Assembly (NCBI GenBank): GCA_903828955.1
Contig: CAIKOA010000006.1
Span: 441-64,440 of the forward strand
DNA from: an uncultured Candidatus Micrarchaeota archaeon
Lineage (GTDB): Archaea; Micrarchaeota; Micrarchaeia; Anstonellales; Bilamarchaeaceae
DNA length: 64,000 bases
Reading direction: 5' to 3'
Shown here: positions 38,644 through 48,274 of the stretch, piece after piece
Position numbering within the stretch: position 1 is the first letter of the stretch
How the letters are laid out: every line of letters begins with the position of its first letter
Position numbers and translations under genes: made by a program
The notes under the pieces: model-generated
Told to the model about the DNA's origin: nothing
Seen by the model: the letters and a program-made list of their open reading frames with translations, nothing else
Database searches by the model: none

Positions 38644-40924
38644 AGCGCAGGCCAGCACGGAGTTTACCCTGATTCTCGGGGTTTCCCTAGTCGCAATAAC
38701 GATCATAATAATCCTTGCCCAGCAGCAGGTAGCATTGGTGCAGAACCAGAAGGACACATCTGATACGCAGAACGCGATTCTGGACCTAAGTGCGGCAGCA
38801 AAAGAGGTATATGCCCAGGGGGAGGGCTCAAAGAAGCTTGTTTTCATCAGGCTGCCAAACAGCTACGAGCCCGGCAATTCATATGTCGGCAATAAATCCA
38901 TAGACATACGGGTCGCGGGCACCGACCATATCGCAATCGAGGACTTCAACGTCCACGGCTACCTTCCGAATACGCCCGGCGCCCATCAGGTGTGGGTGGT
39001 CTCCGAAGGCAACCGGGTGCGAATAGGCCTTGCCATGATGGAGATGGACAGGAACAGGATTTACGTCATAATGCCGAGCGATTCTTCGGCCTCCCAATCC
39101 TTCTCGGTGAAGAACATCTGGGGCAGGGGCATCAACATCACCAGCACCGCTTCCTGGTACGCTTCGGACGTTTCGCTGGGCTGGTCGCCGCATTCATTCT
39201 CGCTCAGCCCCGGTGATTCCGAGGAAATCACCGCCAGCTTCGTCTCCAGCCCTTCTTCAGGCGGGACTTACCAGGGGGAACTTTCCCTCACTGCGAGCGA
39301 CGGGGCTGGCTCATCTGAAACCACTTCGGTCCCGATAACGGTGGAGGTAATCCGCCCCGAGGAAGAGATCCCCAGTGAAGACACCCTCGGCCCCATAATA
39401 ACCCTTATTTACCAGGACCCGGTCCCCGCGGTAAAGCTCAAGCCGCTCGTGATTCTTGCAACCGCAACCGATTCCATGACCGGAAACAGCACAATTTCCG
39501 GATGCATCCTTGACGCGGACAATTCCGGCAACTGGAAGAACATGACCCCGGCGGATGGCGCATACGACAGCCCGACGGAAAACGCATATTACACCTATGC
39601 GGGCGGTTTTTCACTCGGCGGCCACACAATACGGGCCGCATGCACCGATTCGGCCGGCAACACCGGCCCAACCGCGTACTATTATTTCAATGTGAGCGAA
39701 GCGGACCAGCTCGGCCCGATTGTTGTGGAGATGCAACACTCCGAATACCCCACGACGCTTTCCAATGTTTCTGTATGGGGGGTTGCGACCGATTCATACA
39801 CGGGAAACAGCAACCTCGCCGGATGCAACTATAAATTGGACTCCGGGAACTGGCATGCGCTTTCCGCTTCCGACGGCGCATGGGATTCCCCGACCGAGAA
39901 TTTCACCGCCAGCCTCGGCGCGCTTACGGTCGGCTACCACAATGTATATTACCAATGCACCGATGTGATAGGCAACATCGGAGGGGTATACAACGACACC
40001 TTCGGGGTCGTGGATGTTGACCTGATGCTTGTCCTTGACCGCTCAGGCTCCATGGCCTGGAACGTGACCAACGCCACAAACGGAGCCGTGAATTCCACCT
40101 CCAGCACCGGCTGGTCCTGGGTAAAGAACATGACAGTTGCCGCAAAGAACGGGAACACTGCGAACCTTACCGTTGAATTGCGCTCGAGCGTGGCAAATTG
40201 CCTTTCGTCTTACGAGGCAAGGATAAACGGGGTGCCGGTCAGCAACGGAAGCACTAACTCTACATCAAGTTCATATGTAGCCCTCTATAGCTCCATAAAC
40301 ATTTCTTCAATCGAGCCGCCGTATACAGTCTCGCTCTGGCTGAAGCGAAACGCAACCTCCGGCTGCAGCGCATACACCCGCCTCCTTTCCGTCCAACAGC
40401 TCCCGGCAAAGATGTCCGCAGCCCAGAGCGCCGCAAAGACTTTCCTGGAGATATCCGGCCACGCGACATACGCCGGGCTCGTTTCGTTCAGCACCACCTC
40501 GAATAAGGACAAGTCTATCGCGGAGATGACGCCTGCAAACCTCGCATCGCTGGAATCCGCAATCAATGGCCTTTCCGCCTCAGGAAGCACATGCATCGAG
40601 TGCGGGCTTGACAGCGCTGCGGATGAGCTGACCTCCTCAAGAGCCAGGCCGACAGCCAACAAGGTCATAGTAATGCTCACGGACGGAGTCGGCAATTACG
40701 CCAAGGACGGCAGCTCATGCAGCACCCCCTCCTGCGGCATCGCCTGGTCGGTCGCCGCGGCGGAGTACTGCAGGGACCGCAACATCACCGTTTACACAAT
40801 CGGGTTCGGGGACGATGTGAACGACGAGGAACTCACGGACATCGCCCTGCTCACGCACGGGGATTATTATTTCGCCCCGAATGTCGAAACCCTGAACGAC
40901 ATATTCATGAACATAGGAAGGTGA
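38624..40924 (+). CDS. Pilin-like adhesin with class III signal peptide, Ig-like repeats and split vWA domain
   Basis: KAQASTEF prepilin motif; two D.LGP...ATDS.TGNS...GC...DGA.DSPTE repeats; MIDAS DRSGS, LTDG, VYTIGFG. Confidence 0.8.
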   Translation: MSASSSKAQASTEFTLILGVSLVAITIIIILAQQQVALVQNQKDTSDTQNAILDLSAAAKEVYAQGEGSKKLVFIRLPNSYEPGNSYVGNKSIDIRVAGTDHIAIEDFNVHGYLPNTPGAHQVWVVSEGNRVRIGLAMMEMDRNRIYVIMPSDSSASQSFSVKNIWGRGINITSTASWYASDVSLGWSPHSFSLSPGDSEEITASFVSSPSSGGTYQGELSLTASDGAGSSETTSVPITVEVIRPEEEIPSEDTLGPIITLIYQDPVPAVKLKPLVILATATDSMTGNSTISGCILDADNSGNWKNMTPADGAYDSPTENAYYTYAGGFSLGGHTIRAACTDSAGNTGPTAYYYFNVSEADQLGPIVVEMQHSEYPTTLSNVSVWGVATDSYTGNSNLAGCNYKLDSGNWHALSASDGAWDSPTENFTASLGALTVGYHNVYYQCTDVIGNIGGVYNDTFGVVDVDLMLVLDRSGSMAWNVTNATNGAVNSTSSTGWSWVKNMTVAAKNGNTANLTVELRSSVANCLSSYEARINGVPVSNGSTNSTSSSYVALYSSINISSIEPPYTVSLWLKRNATSGCSAYTRLLSVQQLPAKMSAAQSAAKTFLEISGHATYAGLVSFSTTSNKDKSIAEMTPANLASLESAINGLSASGSTCIECGLDSAADELTSSRARPTANKVIVMLTDGVGNYAKDGSSCSTPSCGIAWSVAAAEYCRDRNITVYTIGFGDDVNDEELTDIALLTHGDYYFAPNVETLNDIFMNIGR

Positions 40925-41322
40925 TGGCGTTGTCCCATATGAGAGCGCAGGCATCCCTTGAATTCATGATTGTCTTCTCTGCCCTGCTGGCGATATTCTT
41001 AGTAGTGTTCGCGCTCTCTTTCGGGGGAAGTGGGAACTTGCTGCAAATCCAGGATTCGGCCGCATCACTGCGCAATGCCCAAACAATCGCCGCCGCGATA
41101 AACTACGTTTACCTTGCCGGGGACGGGGCGAGCTACAACCTTACCCTTTCGAATGTCCTGGAAGGGGAGAACCTCACGATCTCCGGCCAGACCGTGGCAT
41201 CAAATCGGCGCAATGCATATTCCAGCGCTTCGCTTCTTGATGTAAAAATGGATTTCAGTTCCTTGGGGAGGGGAAGCGTAATACTGACAAACAGAGGGGG
41301 GGAAATAGATGCGGGCGGCTGA
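40924..41322 (+). CDS. Minor pilin (class III signal peptide)
   Basis: RAQASLEF followed by a hydrophobic helix. Confidence 0.75.
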   Translation: MALSHMRAQASLEFMIVFSALLAIFLVVFALSFGGSGNLLQIQDSAASLRNAQTIAAAINYVYLAGDGASYNLTLSNVLEGENLTISGQTVASNRRNAYSSASLLDVKMDFSSLGRGSVILTNRGGEIDAGG

Positions 41323-41857
41323 ATGCGCGAATAGGCGCCGCCGCGCATCTGCAAGGCGCGGCCAGATATGGTCAATGGACCTCACGATAGGGCTCGTCGC
41401 CCTCGCATTCATAATAATGCTTTTCATGCTCACATGGGACAATCTCTCGATGCGCTGGGGCTCGGCTTCCGAACACACCAGGATGGAGGCAAGCGCGTTC
41501 TTCGCAGCCGAATCCCTTGCCGCAACTCCGGGAGAGCCGGAAAGCTGGGAGATGCTTCCGCACATTGACGGGAATGTCAGCGCAATCGGGCTCGCAAACG
41601 GAAGGGACGAACTGAACAGGATGAAAATCGAGAAGCTCATTTCGGAGAATTCAACCAAGTATTCGCTAATCAAGGAAAAGCTCGGGTTGCAGCGCTATGA
41701 GTTCGGCATGCGCATCACGAGCCTCACCGGGGAGCAAACCTACTACGAGTTCGGGCGCTTCTCTGGAGGCGCCCTCAAAAATTCACTCACTTTCGACCGC
41801 ATGGGAATTCTTGATGGCGAGCCGGTAATAATGCACATGGAGGTGTGGAAAGGATGA
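41309..41857 (+). CDS. Minor pilin-like protein
   Basis: RRGQIWSMD followed by a hydrophobic helix; TPGEPESWE. Confidence 0.75.
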   Translation: MRAAECANRRRRASARRGQIWSMDLTIGLVALAFIIMLFMLTWDNLSMRWGSASEHTRMEASAFFAAESLAATPGEPESWEMLPHIDGNVSAIGLANGRDELNRMKIEKLISENSTKYSLIKEKLGLQRYEFGMRITSLTGEQTYYEFGRFSGGALKNSLTFDRMGILDGEPVIMHMEVWKG

Positions 41858-42261
41858 AGGGATTCGCGGTCACCCTGGATTCGGTCGTTGCGATATCGTT
41901 TTTCTTTTTCGCATTGGTGCTGATTGCAACCCAGACCTACGAGCCCCGCGCCCCCGGCGGGACATACCTCAAGCAGCTCACGCTCGACGTATTGACAGTT
42001 ATGGAAAAAACAGGAAGGATGAACCAGGCGATTGAAGGCAACACCACCTCGATGCAGGACATCCTGGAGGCGACGCCGCACCTTGCATGCTTCAACATTT
42101 CCATATTGAATTCAACCGGGGAAACAGTGATAACTTCTGCAAAAAGCGGATGCAATGACACCGAAGGGCTGGACATGCAGGTAGCGTACCGCCCATTGGT
42201 TTACAAGGAAGGGAAGTACGTCGCAAAGTGCGAATCCTGGTTCACGAAGGAGACAACTTAG
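41854..42261 (+). CDS. Minor pilin-like protein
   Basis: MKGFAVTLD followed by a hydrophobic helix. Confidence 0.7.
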   Translation: MKGFAVTLDSVVAISFFFFALVLIATQTYEPRAPGGTYLKQLTLDVLTVMEKTGRMNQAIEGNTTSMQDILEATPHLACFNISILNSTGETVITSAKSGCNDTEGLDMQVAYRPLVYKEGKYVAKCESWFTKETT

Positions 42262-42305
42262 CGGAGGGATGGAAACAGGTGTTCACGCTTAAAAAAGGGG
42301 GGCAT

Positions 42306-43136
42306 ATGCGCGGTTTCATAATCACCATGCTTTCCGTAGGCCTCATATTGCTGCTGGTTACGCTTGCATTGTCATTCCGCAACGCGCAATTAAGCACGGA
42401 AAGGGCGCTCCTCGAGCCGCTCCCCCTCATCTACGCATCAACCCTGGTTGACGACATCGCTTTCGAATTGAACTCAATCGTCGGGCCAGATATAACAATC
42501 AACGAGGCGAACAGCAGCATGGAAATCGGAATAAAGGACACCCTCCACGGAGTTAACCATTCCGCGCAAATTTCCTCCTATAAATCATTCATCAGCGATG
42601 AAGTGGCCAGCATGGCGGCGAGCAACATAACCCTCAACCTCACCAACATGAGCAACGGGATGGTGGCGGTTTTCATAAATGGGGATTACGAGTATTCCAA
42701 CAACCACACCAGCAATGAATCGGTATTTACGCGCAAAGGCGGGACCGGAGCTACTTTATATGAAATCAACCTCACCACCACCGCAGTCCGGGCGAACACC
42801 ACGGACATGGAATTCGATACGGGCGGAACCCTCAACGTCACAATCCGCTATACCGACCTTAACGGGACCGTTATAGAGGAAGGGGCGGTTTTCCCAAATC
42901 ACGCGCATCTTCTCCGGGTGGAGTATGCAAGCGGCAGCAGCCTCGAAGTTGAAGTGGGCCCGCAAAGCGGCAATGACGGCTCGCTGAGGATACAAAGCAA
43001 AGGAATCAGCACGGAGGTTTCCTGGGCGGCGGTTCTTCCCCCTATTAATGAAACCATGAAAATGGGGTATGAATACGACGCAACGATAGAATACGTGCAA
43101 GGAAAGGCGGCCAAGCGCTGCCGCATCGGGAAATAA
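42306..43136 (+). CDS. Pilin-like protein
   Basis: MRGFIITML followed by a hydrophobic helix; operon context. Confidence 0.65.
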   Translation: MRGFIITMLSVGLILLLVTLALSFRNAQLSTERALLEPLPLIYASTLVDDIAFELNSIVGPDITINEANSSMEIGIKDTLHGVNHSAQISSYKSFISDEVASMAASNITLNLTNMSNGMVAVFINGDYEYSNNHTSNESVFTRKGGTGATLYEINLTTTAVRANTTDMEFDTGGTLNVTIRYTDLNGTVIEEGAVFPNHAHLLRVEYASGSSLEVEVGPQSGNDGSLRIQSKGISTEVSWAAVLPPINETMKMGYEYDATIEYVQGKAAKRCRIGK

Positions 43137-43167
43137 TATTTAAATTGCATTGGAGAAGGGGTTGTGC

Positions 43168-44898
43168 ATGGCCACGGAAACCAAAATAGACAGGATGGTA
43201 GCACTGCTTCAGGCCAACCGGAAAATGAGCTACAGGGCGCTTGCCCGCGAGCTTTCCATCCCAGAGGGGGTTATTGAGAAATTTGCGCTATGCCTGGAGG
43301 GCGCCGGGTTTGCCACATTGCATTACTCCATCAACATGATCTCAAACCCCACGATAACACTTATCCCTTCGCTGGCAGAAGGGGAGGAGAAGCCCCACTT
43401 CGGCAAGCTGCTCAACCGATATGACATCATAAAGGAAGGCTCCACATTGGGAAAGGTGGAGATATTCGATTCACCCCAGGAACGCCGCCCGCTTTACATA
43501 ATCACGCTTCCGGAGGCGACCCGCGCAACCCGCGCTTACCTGGAAGCCGTGAAGCTGGAAGTGGCCAAGACCTTCCAGGCATGGGTGGATGATAGCGACC
43601 CGGAGGAAAACCGCCGCCTTTTCGAAGGCCGCCAGAAACTCATCCGGAGCATAATACGCAGGGACCTTGCGCCTTCTTCCCACGCACTCGAGCAGCTCTC
43701 AAGAATCGTGCTTAACGAGATGTACGGCCTGGGGGAAATAGAAGCCCTCATAGAGGACAAGCATCTTGAGGAAGTCGCAATCAACACCTCCAAGCAGCCG
43801 GTTTCGGTATACCACAAGGTGTTCGGGTGGCTCAGGACCAACATCCTGATAAAGAACGAGGCTGAAACCGAGAACTTCTCGCAGCAGATTGCACGGAGGG
43901 TGGGAAGGCAGATAAGCACGCTTAACCCGATTCTGGATGCGCACCTTGGCTCAGGGGAGCGTGTGAATGCGACCCTCAGCCCCGTATCCGCCTACGGGAA
44001 CACAATCACCATGCGCCTTTTTGCGAAGAACCCATGGACAATCATCAGCTTCATCAAGAAGGAGACCAACTGCATGTCGGTTGAGATGGCGGCGCTCCTA
44101 TGGCAGGCAATGCACTACGAAATGAACATCCTCACCGCCGGAGGAACCGCAAGCGGAAAGACCAGCGCCCTGAATGCGCTGCTTGCGTTGATACCTCCTT
44201 ACCAGCGGATAGTCACCATCGAAGACACCCGCGAGCTCTATCTTCCAAGCTACCAGTGGAACTGGGTTCCCCTCGTTACGCGGCTTCCAAACCCTGAAGG
44301 CATGGGGGAAGTCACGATGCTTGACCTGATGGTCAATTCATTGCGCATGCGGCCGGACAGGATCGTGCTCGGGGAAATCCGCCGCAAAAGGGAGGCGGAA
44401 GTATTCTTCGAGGCGATGCACACCGGGCACAGCGTTTATTCCACCGTCCATGCCGATAACGGCCAGCAGGTCCTCACAAGGCTCCTGGAACCCCCCATCG
44501 AGATTCCGGCTTCCGAAGTAGAGGATGTGCATCTTCTCCTTGTGCAGTACCGCGACCGCAGGAAGAACATCCGCAGGACGCACGAAATATCCGAAGTAAT
44601 TTGCGGGGTATCAGGCCCGGAACTGAACAGGGTATTCACCTGGAAGCCGCGCACCGACGGCTTCGAATCCGCCAAGGTTCCGCACCGATACATGGAAGAG
44701 CTCAACCAGCGCACCGGAATGACCGAATCGGAAGTCGTTTCGGACCAGAAGGACAAGATGAAGGTGCTGGAGTGGATGCTGAAGAACGGCCTCGAGGACA
44801 TTGAGAGCGTCGGAAGGGTCATGAAGGCGTATTATTCGGATGTCCCCGGGATAGTGGCTGCCGCGGAAAAAGGCGTTTCGCCGCAGAAGGTGCTCTGA
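43168..44898 (+). CDS. Type IV pilus/Tad assembly ATPase with N-terminal HTH-like extension
   Basis: GGTASGKT, TIEDTREL, LRMRPDRIVLGEIR, MHTGH...TVHAD. Confidence 0.9.
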   Translation: MATETKIDRMVALLQANRKMSYRALARELSIPEGVIEKFALCLEGAGFATLHYSINMISNPTITLIPSLAEGEEKPHFGKLLNRYDIIKEGSTLGKVEIFDSPQERRPLYIITLPEATRATRAYLEAVKLEVAKTFQAWVDDSDPEENRRLFEGRQKLIRSIIRRDLAPSSHALEQLSRIVLNEMYGLGEIEALIEDKHLEEVAINTSKQPVSVYHKVFGWLRTNILIKNEAETENFSQQIARRVGRQISTLNPILDAHLGSGERVNATLSPVSAYGNTITMRLFAKNPWTIISFIKKETNCMSVEMAALLWQAMHYEMNILTAGGTASGKTSALNALLALIPPYQRIVTIEDTRELYLPSYQWNWVPLVTRLPNPEGMGEVTMLDLMVNSLRMRPDRIVLGEIRRKREAEVFFEAMHTGHSVYSTVHADNGQQVLTRLLEPPIEIPASEVEDVHLLLVQYRDRRKNIRRTHEISEVICGVSGPELNRVFTWKPRTDGFESAKVPHRYMEELNQRTGMTESEVVSDQKDKMKVLEWMLKNGLEDIESVGRVMKAYYSDVPGIVAAAEKGVSPQKVL

Positions 44899-44899
44899 C

Positions 44900-45790
44900 A
44901 TGCCAGACCGCATTCCGATAATGCTGCTTCCCCCGCAAACGGTGAAAAAACTCGGAAAAAGAACATTCCCCCCGGTAATGCTTCTTACCCCATTCTTCCC
45001 TTCGCTGAACAAAACCCTGCAGGAGATAAAGGCAGAATTTGGCGCCGATTCCTACATAGCCGCATCCCTTTTTTCATCCTTAATTTATGGGTTCATGTTT
45101 TTTCTGCTCGCATTTGCGCTGCTTTCATTCCGCAATCCGGCCGAGGGCGCAGTTGTTCCTGCGCTTGCGATGGGGTTTGCGTTCTGGCTGGCCTTCTTCT
45201 TCCTGCATATTTACTACCCAAACATCATCGTGAAGAAAATCGCGGCAACGGAGAACAAGGAATTGCTGTATGCGCTCCGCGAGATAATAATCGACGTTGA
45301 AGGGGGGGTGCCGCTTTTTGATTCCCTGAGGAATATTTCGGAAGCCGGCTACGGGTACATTTCGCTTGATTTTGAAAGGGTGGTGCGCCAGATAGAAAGC
45401 GGCACTCCGGAACGAGAGGCATTGAAAGGGCTTGCGCTGCGGACCGAAAGCGAATTCCTCAAACGCGCCGCATGGCAGATGGTTAATGCGCTGGAATCCG
45501 GGGCAAAGATGAGCGACGCCCTGGAAGGGATTGCGATTTCCGTGGAGAACAACATCTTCAGGGAGATAAAGAACTACTCCACTAACCTGAACTTCCTGCT
45601 GTTGATTTACATGCTGGTGGGAGTGGTCGCACCCTCGCTCGGAATAACCTTCATGATTCTCCTTTCCGCTTTCAGCGGGCTTGGCGTGACAATGGAGTCC
45701 GTGCTATTGTCGGTGGTATGCACTTCGTTCATCCAGATAGCCCTTATAGGGTACATGGCCTCAACACGGCCGGACATTTTCGGGGGCTGA
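44900..45790 (+). CDS. Type II secretion F-family (TadB/C-like) membrane platform protein
   Basis: TM pairs flanking a cytoplasmic domain; follows the ATPase. Confidence 0.82.
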   Translation: MPDRIPIMLLPPQTVKKLGKRTFPPVMLLTPFFPSLNKTLQEIKAEFGADSYIAASLFSSLIYGFMFFLLAFALLSFRNPAEGAVVPALAMGFAFWLAFFFLHIYYPNIIVKKIAATENKELLYALREIIIDVEGGVPLFDSLRNISEAGYGYISLDFERVVRQIESGTPEREALKGLALRTESEFLKRAAWQMVNALESGAKMSDALEGIAISVENNIFREIKNYSTNLNFLLLIYMLVGVVAPSLGITFMILLSAFSGLGVTMESVLLSVVCTSFIQIALIGYMASTRPDIFGG

Positions 45791-45797
45791 GAAAAAA

Positions 45798-46829
45798 ATG
45801 GAAAAACAATCCGGCATCATGCGGAAAAGGCCTTTCCGGAGGGTTGGGGAGATACTTCCAGGGTTCGTCATGGGCCATTTCAGGCTTAAGCTCCAGCACG
45901 CCGGAATACGGGAGGACGTGCGGGTGTGGGTCGGAGAGAGGGCGCTGCTTGCGTTCCTGTGCGGGGCCCTTTTCCTCAGCCTGTATATTACGGTTACAGA
46001 TCCACTAGTGGATTACGGCACCCTTGCGATTTGCGCGGGCCTGTTCCTGTGCGGCAACCTCCTGGTAATCTCGCTTGCGTACCTCCAGCTCTATTACCGC
46101 ATGGCCGACCGCACAAGCACGATGGAGAGGATACTGCCTGATTTTCTTCTCCTCACTGTTTCCAACCTCAGGGCGGGCATGAGCCCCTTTGCGGCATTCG
46201 TGCAGGCCGCGCTGCCCGACTTTGGCGCCTTCTATGAGGAAGTGAAGCTGAGCACCGCCAAAACCGGAGGGAAAAGCTCGCTGGAAGACACGCTGAGCGA
46301 AATATCCGGCCATTTTGATTCCCACATCCTTCAGCGGACCGTGAGCCTCTTCACAAAGGGCCTGCGTTCAGGGGGGCACCTTGCACGGCTGCTCAATTCA
46401 ATCGCGCAGGAAGTGCGCCGCATACAGGACCTGCGCGCCGAACTTGCGTCCTCAACGCGCGCTTACACGATATTCCTCACTTTCATCCTGGTTCTGGTAA
46501 TGCCTTTCCTGCTTTCGGTCTCCACCCTCTTCGTCACGGTTTTCCTTAAGATCAATGCGGAGAATTCCTCCAGCACCGACATTTCAACGATATCCAACCT
46601 CCCCGCATTTTCCGGCGCCATACTGATAAGCGAGCAGGACATGGTGCTGATTTCCCTGATAGTTGCGATCTCCACTTCCTTTTTCATGTCGGTCCTTGTA
46701 GGGGTCATACTCAAGGGGCGCGCGACGTACGGTATAAAGTATTTCCCGTTTTTTGCATGCGCAGCGGTGCTCATGTATCTTGCCTCCAAGCTATTCCTCG
46801 GCGCATTCCTTTCGGGCTTTGCCTCATGA
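45798..46829 (+). CDS. Type II secretion F-family (TadB/C-like) membrane platform protein
   Basis: LPDFL...NLRAGMSP...SGG.LA..L motifs. Confidence 0.85.
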   Translation: MEKQSGIMRKRPFRRVGEILPGFVMGHFRLKLQHAGIREDVRVWVGERALLAFLCGALFLSLYITVTDPLVDYGTLAICAGLFLCGNLLVISLAYLQLYYRMADRTSTMERILPDFLLLTVSNLRAGMSPFAAFVQAALPDFGAFYEEVKLSTAKTGGKSSLEDTLSEISGHFDSHILQRTVSLFTKGLRSGGHLARLLNSIAQEVRRIQDLRAELASSTRAYTIFLTFILVLVMPFLLSVSTLFVTVFLKINAENSSSTDISTISNLPAFSGAILISEQDMVLISLIVAISTSFFMSVLVGVILKGRATYGIKYFPFFACAAVLMYLASKLFLGAFLSGFAS

Positions 46830-46966
46830 ATTCTTTCAATTGCATGGGCAGGGAGGGGTTCCTCAGGGGCCAAATGGCACCCTGGCAATGCCGATTTTCC
46901 CCATCCCAGAAAGGTTTTAAACCTCACTTTCCAAGCTATATTTAACAAAATAAAAGGTGTTATACA

Positions 46967-47413
46967 ATGAAAGGACAAGTTTCGACTGAATATCTGGTCA
47001 TCCTGGCCGTTGTGCTCGTAGTGGCACTGGTCGTGGTGTACCTAGTAGGGGGTTTCTCCGGGCTCGGCGCGGGTTCGCTTGAAACGCAGAGCAAGAGCTA
47101 TTGGGGCTCTACCTCTCCGTTTGCGGTCACGACCGTGCGTGTGGCAGGCACCAACATGGAGCTGCAGATGGCCAACAATGACCTCGAGCAGCTCATCCTG
47201 ACGGACATCTCGATAAACGGGGCATCCGTCTATACCGGCACCAGCACCTTCACAAGCGGCGAGAGCAAGGTCATAAACGCGACAATTGCGGCCGACTGCG
47301 GAAATGCAGGGGTTCCCTACACCTATAACAACGTAGTGATTACCTACACAAAGGGCGGAATCTCCGGGATTAAGCAGTCTGGGAACAAGCCCTTAGTGGG
47401 CAAGTGCTCCTGA
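46967..47413 (+). CDS. Probable major type IV pilin
   Basis: MKGQVSTEYLVILAVVLVVALVVV class III signal; own AT-rich upstream region, AGGTG RBS and T-tract terminator. Confidence 0.85.
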   Translation: MKGQVSTEYLVILAVVLVVALVVVYLVGGFSGLGAGSLETQSKSYWGSTSPFAVTTVRVAGTNMELQMANNDLEQLILTDISINGASVYTGTSTFTSGESKVINATIAADCGNAGVPYTYNNVVITYTKGGISGIKQSGNKPLVGKCS

Positions 47414-47414
47414 A

Positions 47415-47450
47415 TTGTTTTTTCTTTTCCTTTTTTTATTTTTAATTTTC
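47415..47450 (+). terminator. Oligo-T terminator
   Basis: Long T-rich tract directly after the pilin stop. Confidence 0.6.
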
Positions 47451-47555
47451 TAATTCCCTGCCACCAGTTGATCCTTTATCCTAACTTTGGACATGCCTTC
47501 AAAATTAGCTGTTTTTAGCGATATGCCCTTTCCGGGCAGAGAAGAAGTTCCACTT

Positions 47556-48134
47556 CTAGAGAAAAGCCCCAAATAGCGTTATATCCAGCTTTCCGGGCTT
47601 TATTATGAACGTCTTCACTCCGGCCGCAACCCCTGCCTCCTTGTCCCAGAAGCCGTCCCCGGTCATGAAGGTTTTGTTTTTGGGCATTTTGAACTCCTTC
47701 ATAAGCGAGATGAGCATATCCGGAGAAGGCTTTGGATGTAAAACCGAATCCCTTCCCCTAATCGCATCAACCGGAATATGCCCGGCCTCAACAACCTCTT
47801 TTATGGAAATTGTATTGTTATTGGAAGAAATCGCAACCTCGTGCCCCATCTTTCGTAGTGCAGCAAGAGTGGGAACGGTTGAAGGATACACAACAAAGTT
47901 CTTCTTCTGGATGCATTCCTTCTCATATTTCCTGAAAATCTGGTCTATGTGCGCCTTCCTTTCCGGGGTATTCCCAACCAGATTCGAAAGCGGGACAATG
48001 TGCATGGAATTGTCCAATTCCATTCCCTGCGCTTTTCCATACTGGAAAACCTCTTCCTTCACCCCAGTATCCCAAGGGATCCCCCGCAGTTCCGCAAGAG
48101 TAGAATCAAAATCGAATACAAATAGCATAGGCAT
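47556..48134 (-). CDS. HAD-family hydrolase
   Basis: FDFDSTL, SSN, KPSP, GDGFWD. Start moved downstream of tRNA-Cys. Confidence 0.85.
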   Translation of the reverse strand: MPMLFVFDFDSTLAELRGIPWDTGVKEEVFQYGKAQGMELDNSMHIVPLSNLVGNTPERKAHIDQIFRKYEKECIQKKNFVVYPSTVPTLAALRKMGHEVAISSNNNTISIKEVVEAGHIPVDAIRGRDSVLHPKPSPDMLISLMKEFKMPKNKTFMTGDGFWDKEAGVAAGVKTFIIKPGKLDITLFGAFL

Positions 48135-48161
48135 TCCCAATCCAGTACAAACTTCAGAAAA

Positions 48162-48232
48162 AGCCGAGATAGGGAATCGAACCCCACTATCCCGGTCTGC
48201 AGCCGGGTGCATAGCCACTCTGCCATCTCGGC
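48162..48232 (-). tRNA. tRNA-Cys(GCA)
   Basis: GCCGAGA/TCTCGGC acceptor, U73, CCCGG-CT-GCA-GA-CCGGG, GTTCGATTC. Confidence 0.92.
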
Positions 48233-48274
48233 ACCTAAACTGGAAATAAAATATCAAAGAAAGAATTTAAGGAG

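Noticed and set aside
47556-48257. Long N-terminal extension of the HAD ORF
   Set aside because: It overlaps tRNA-Cys; the real start is near 48134.
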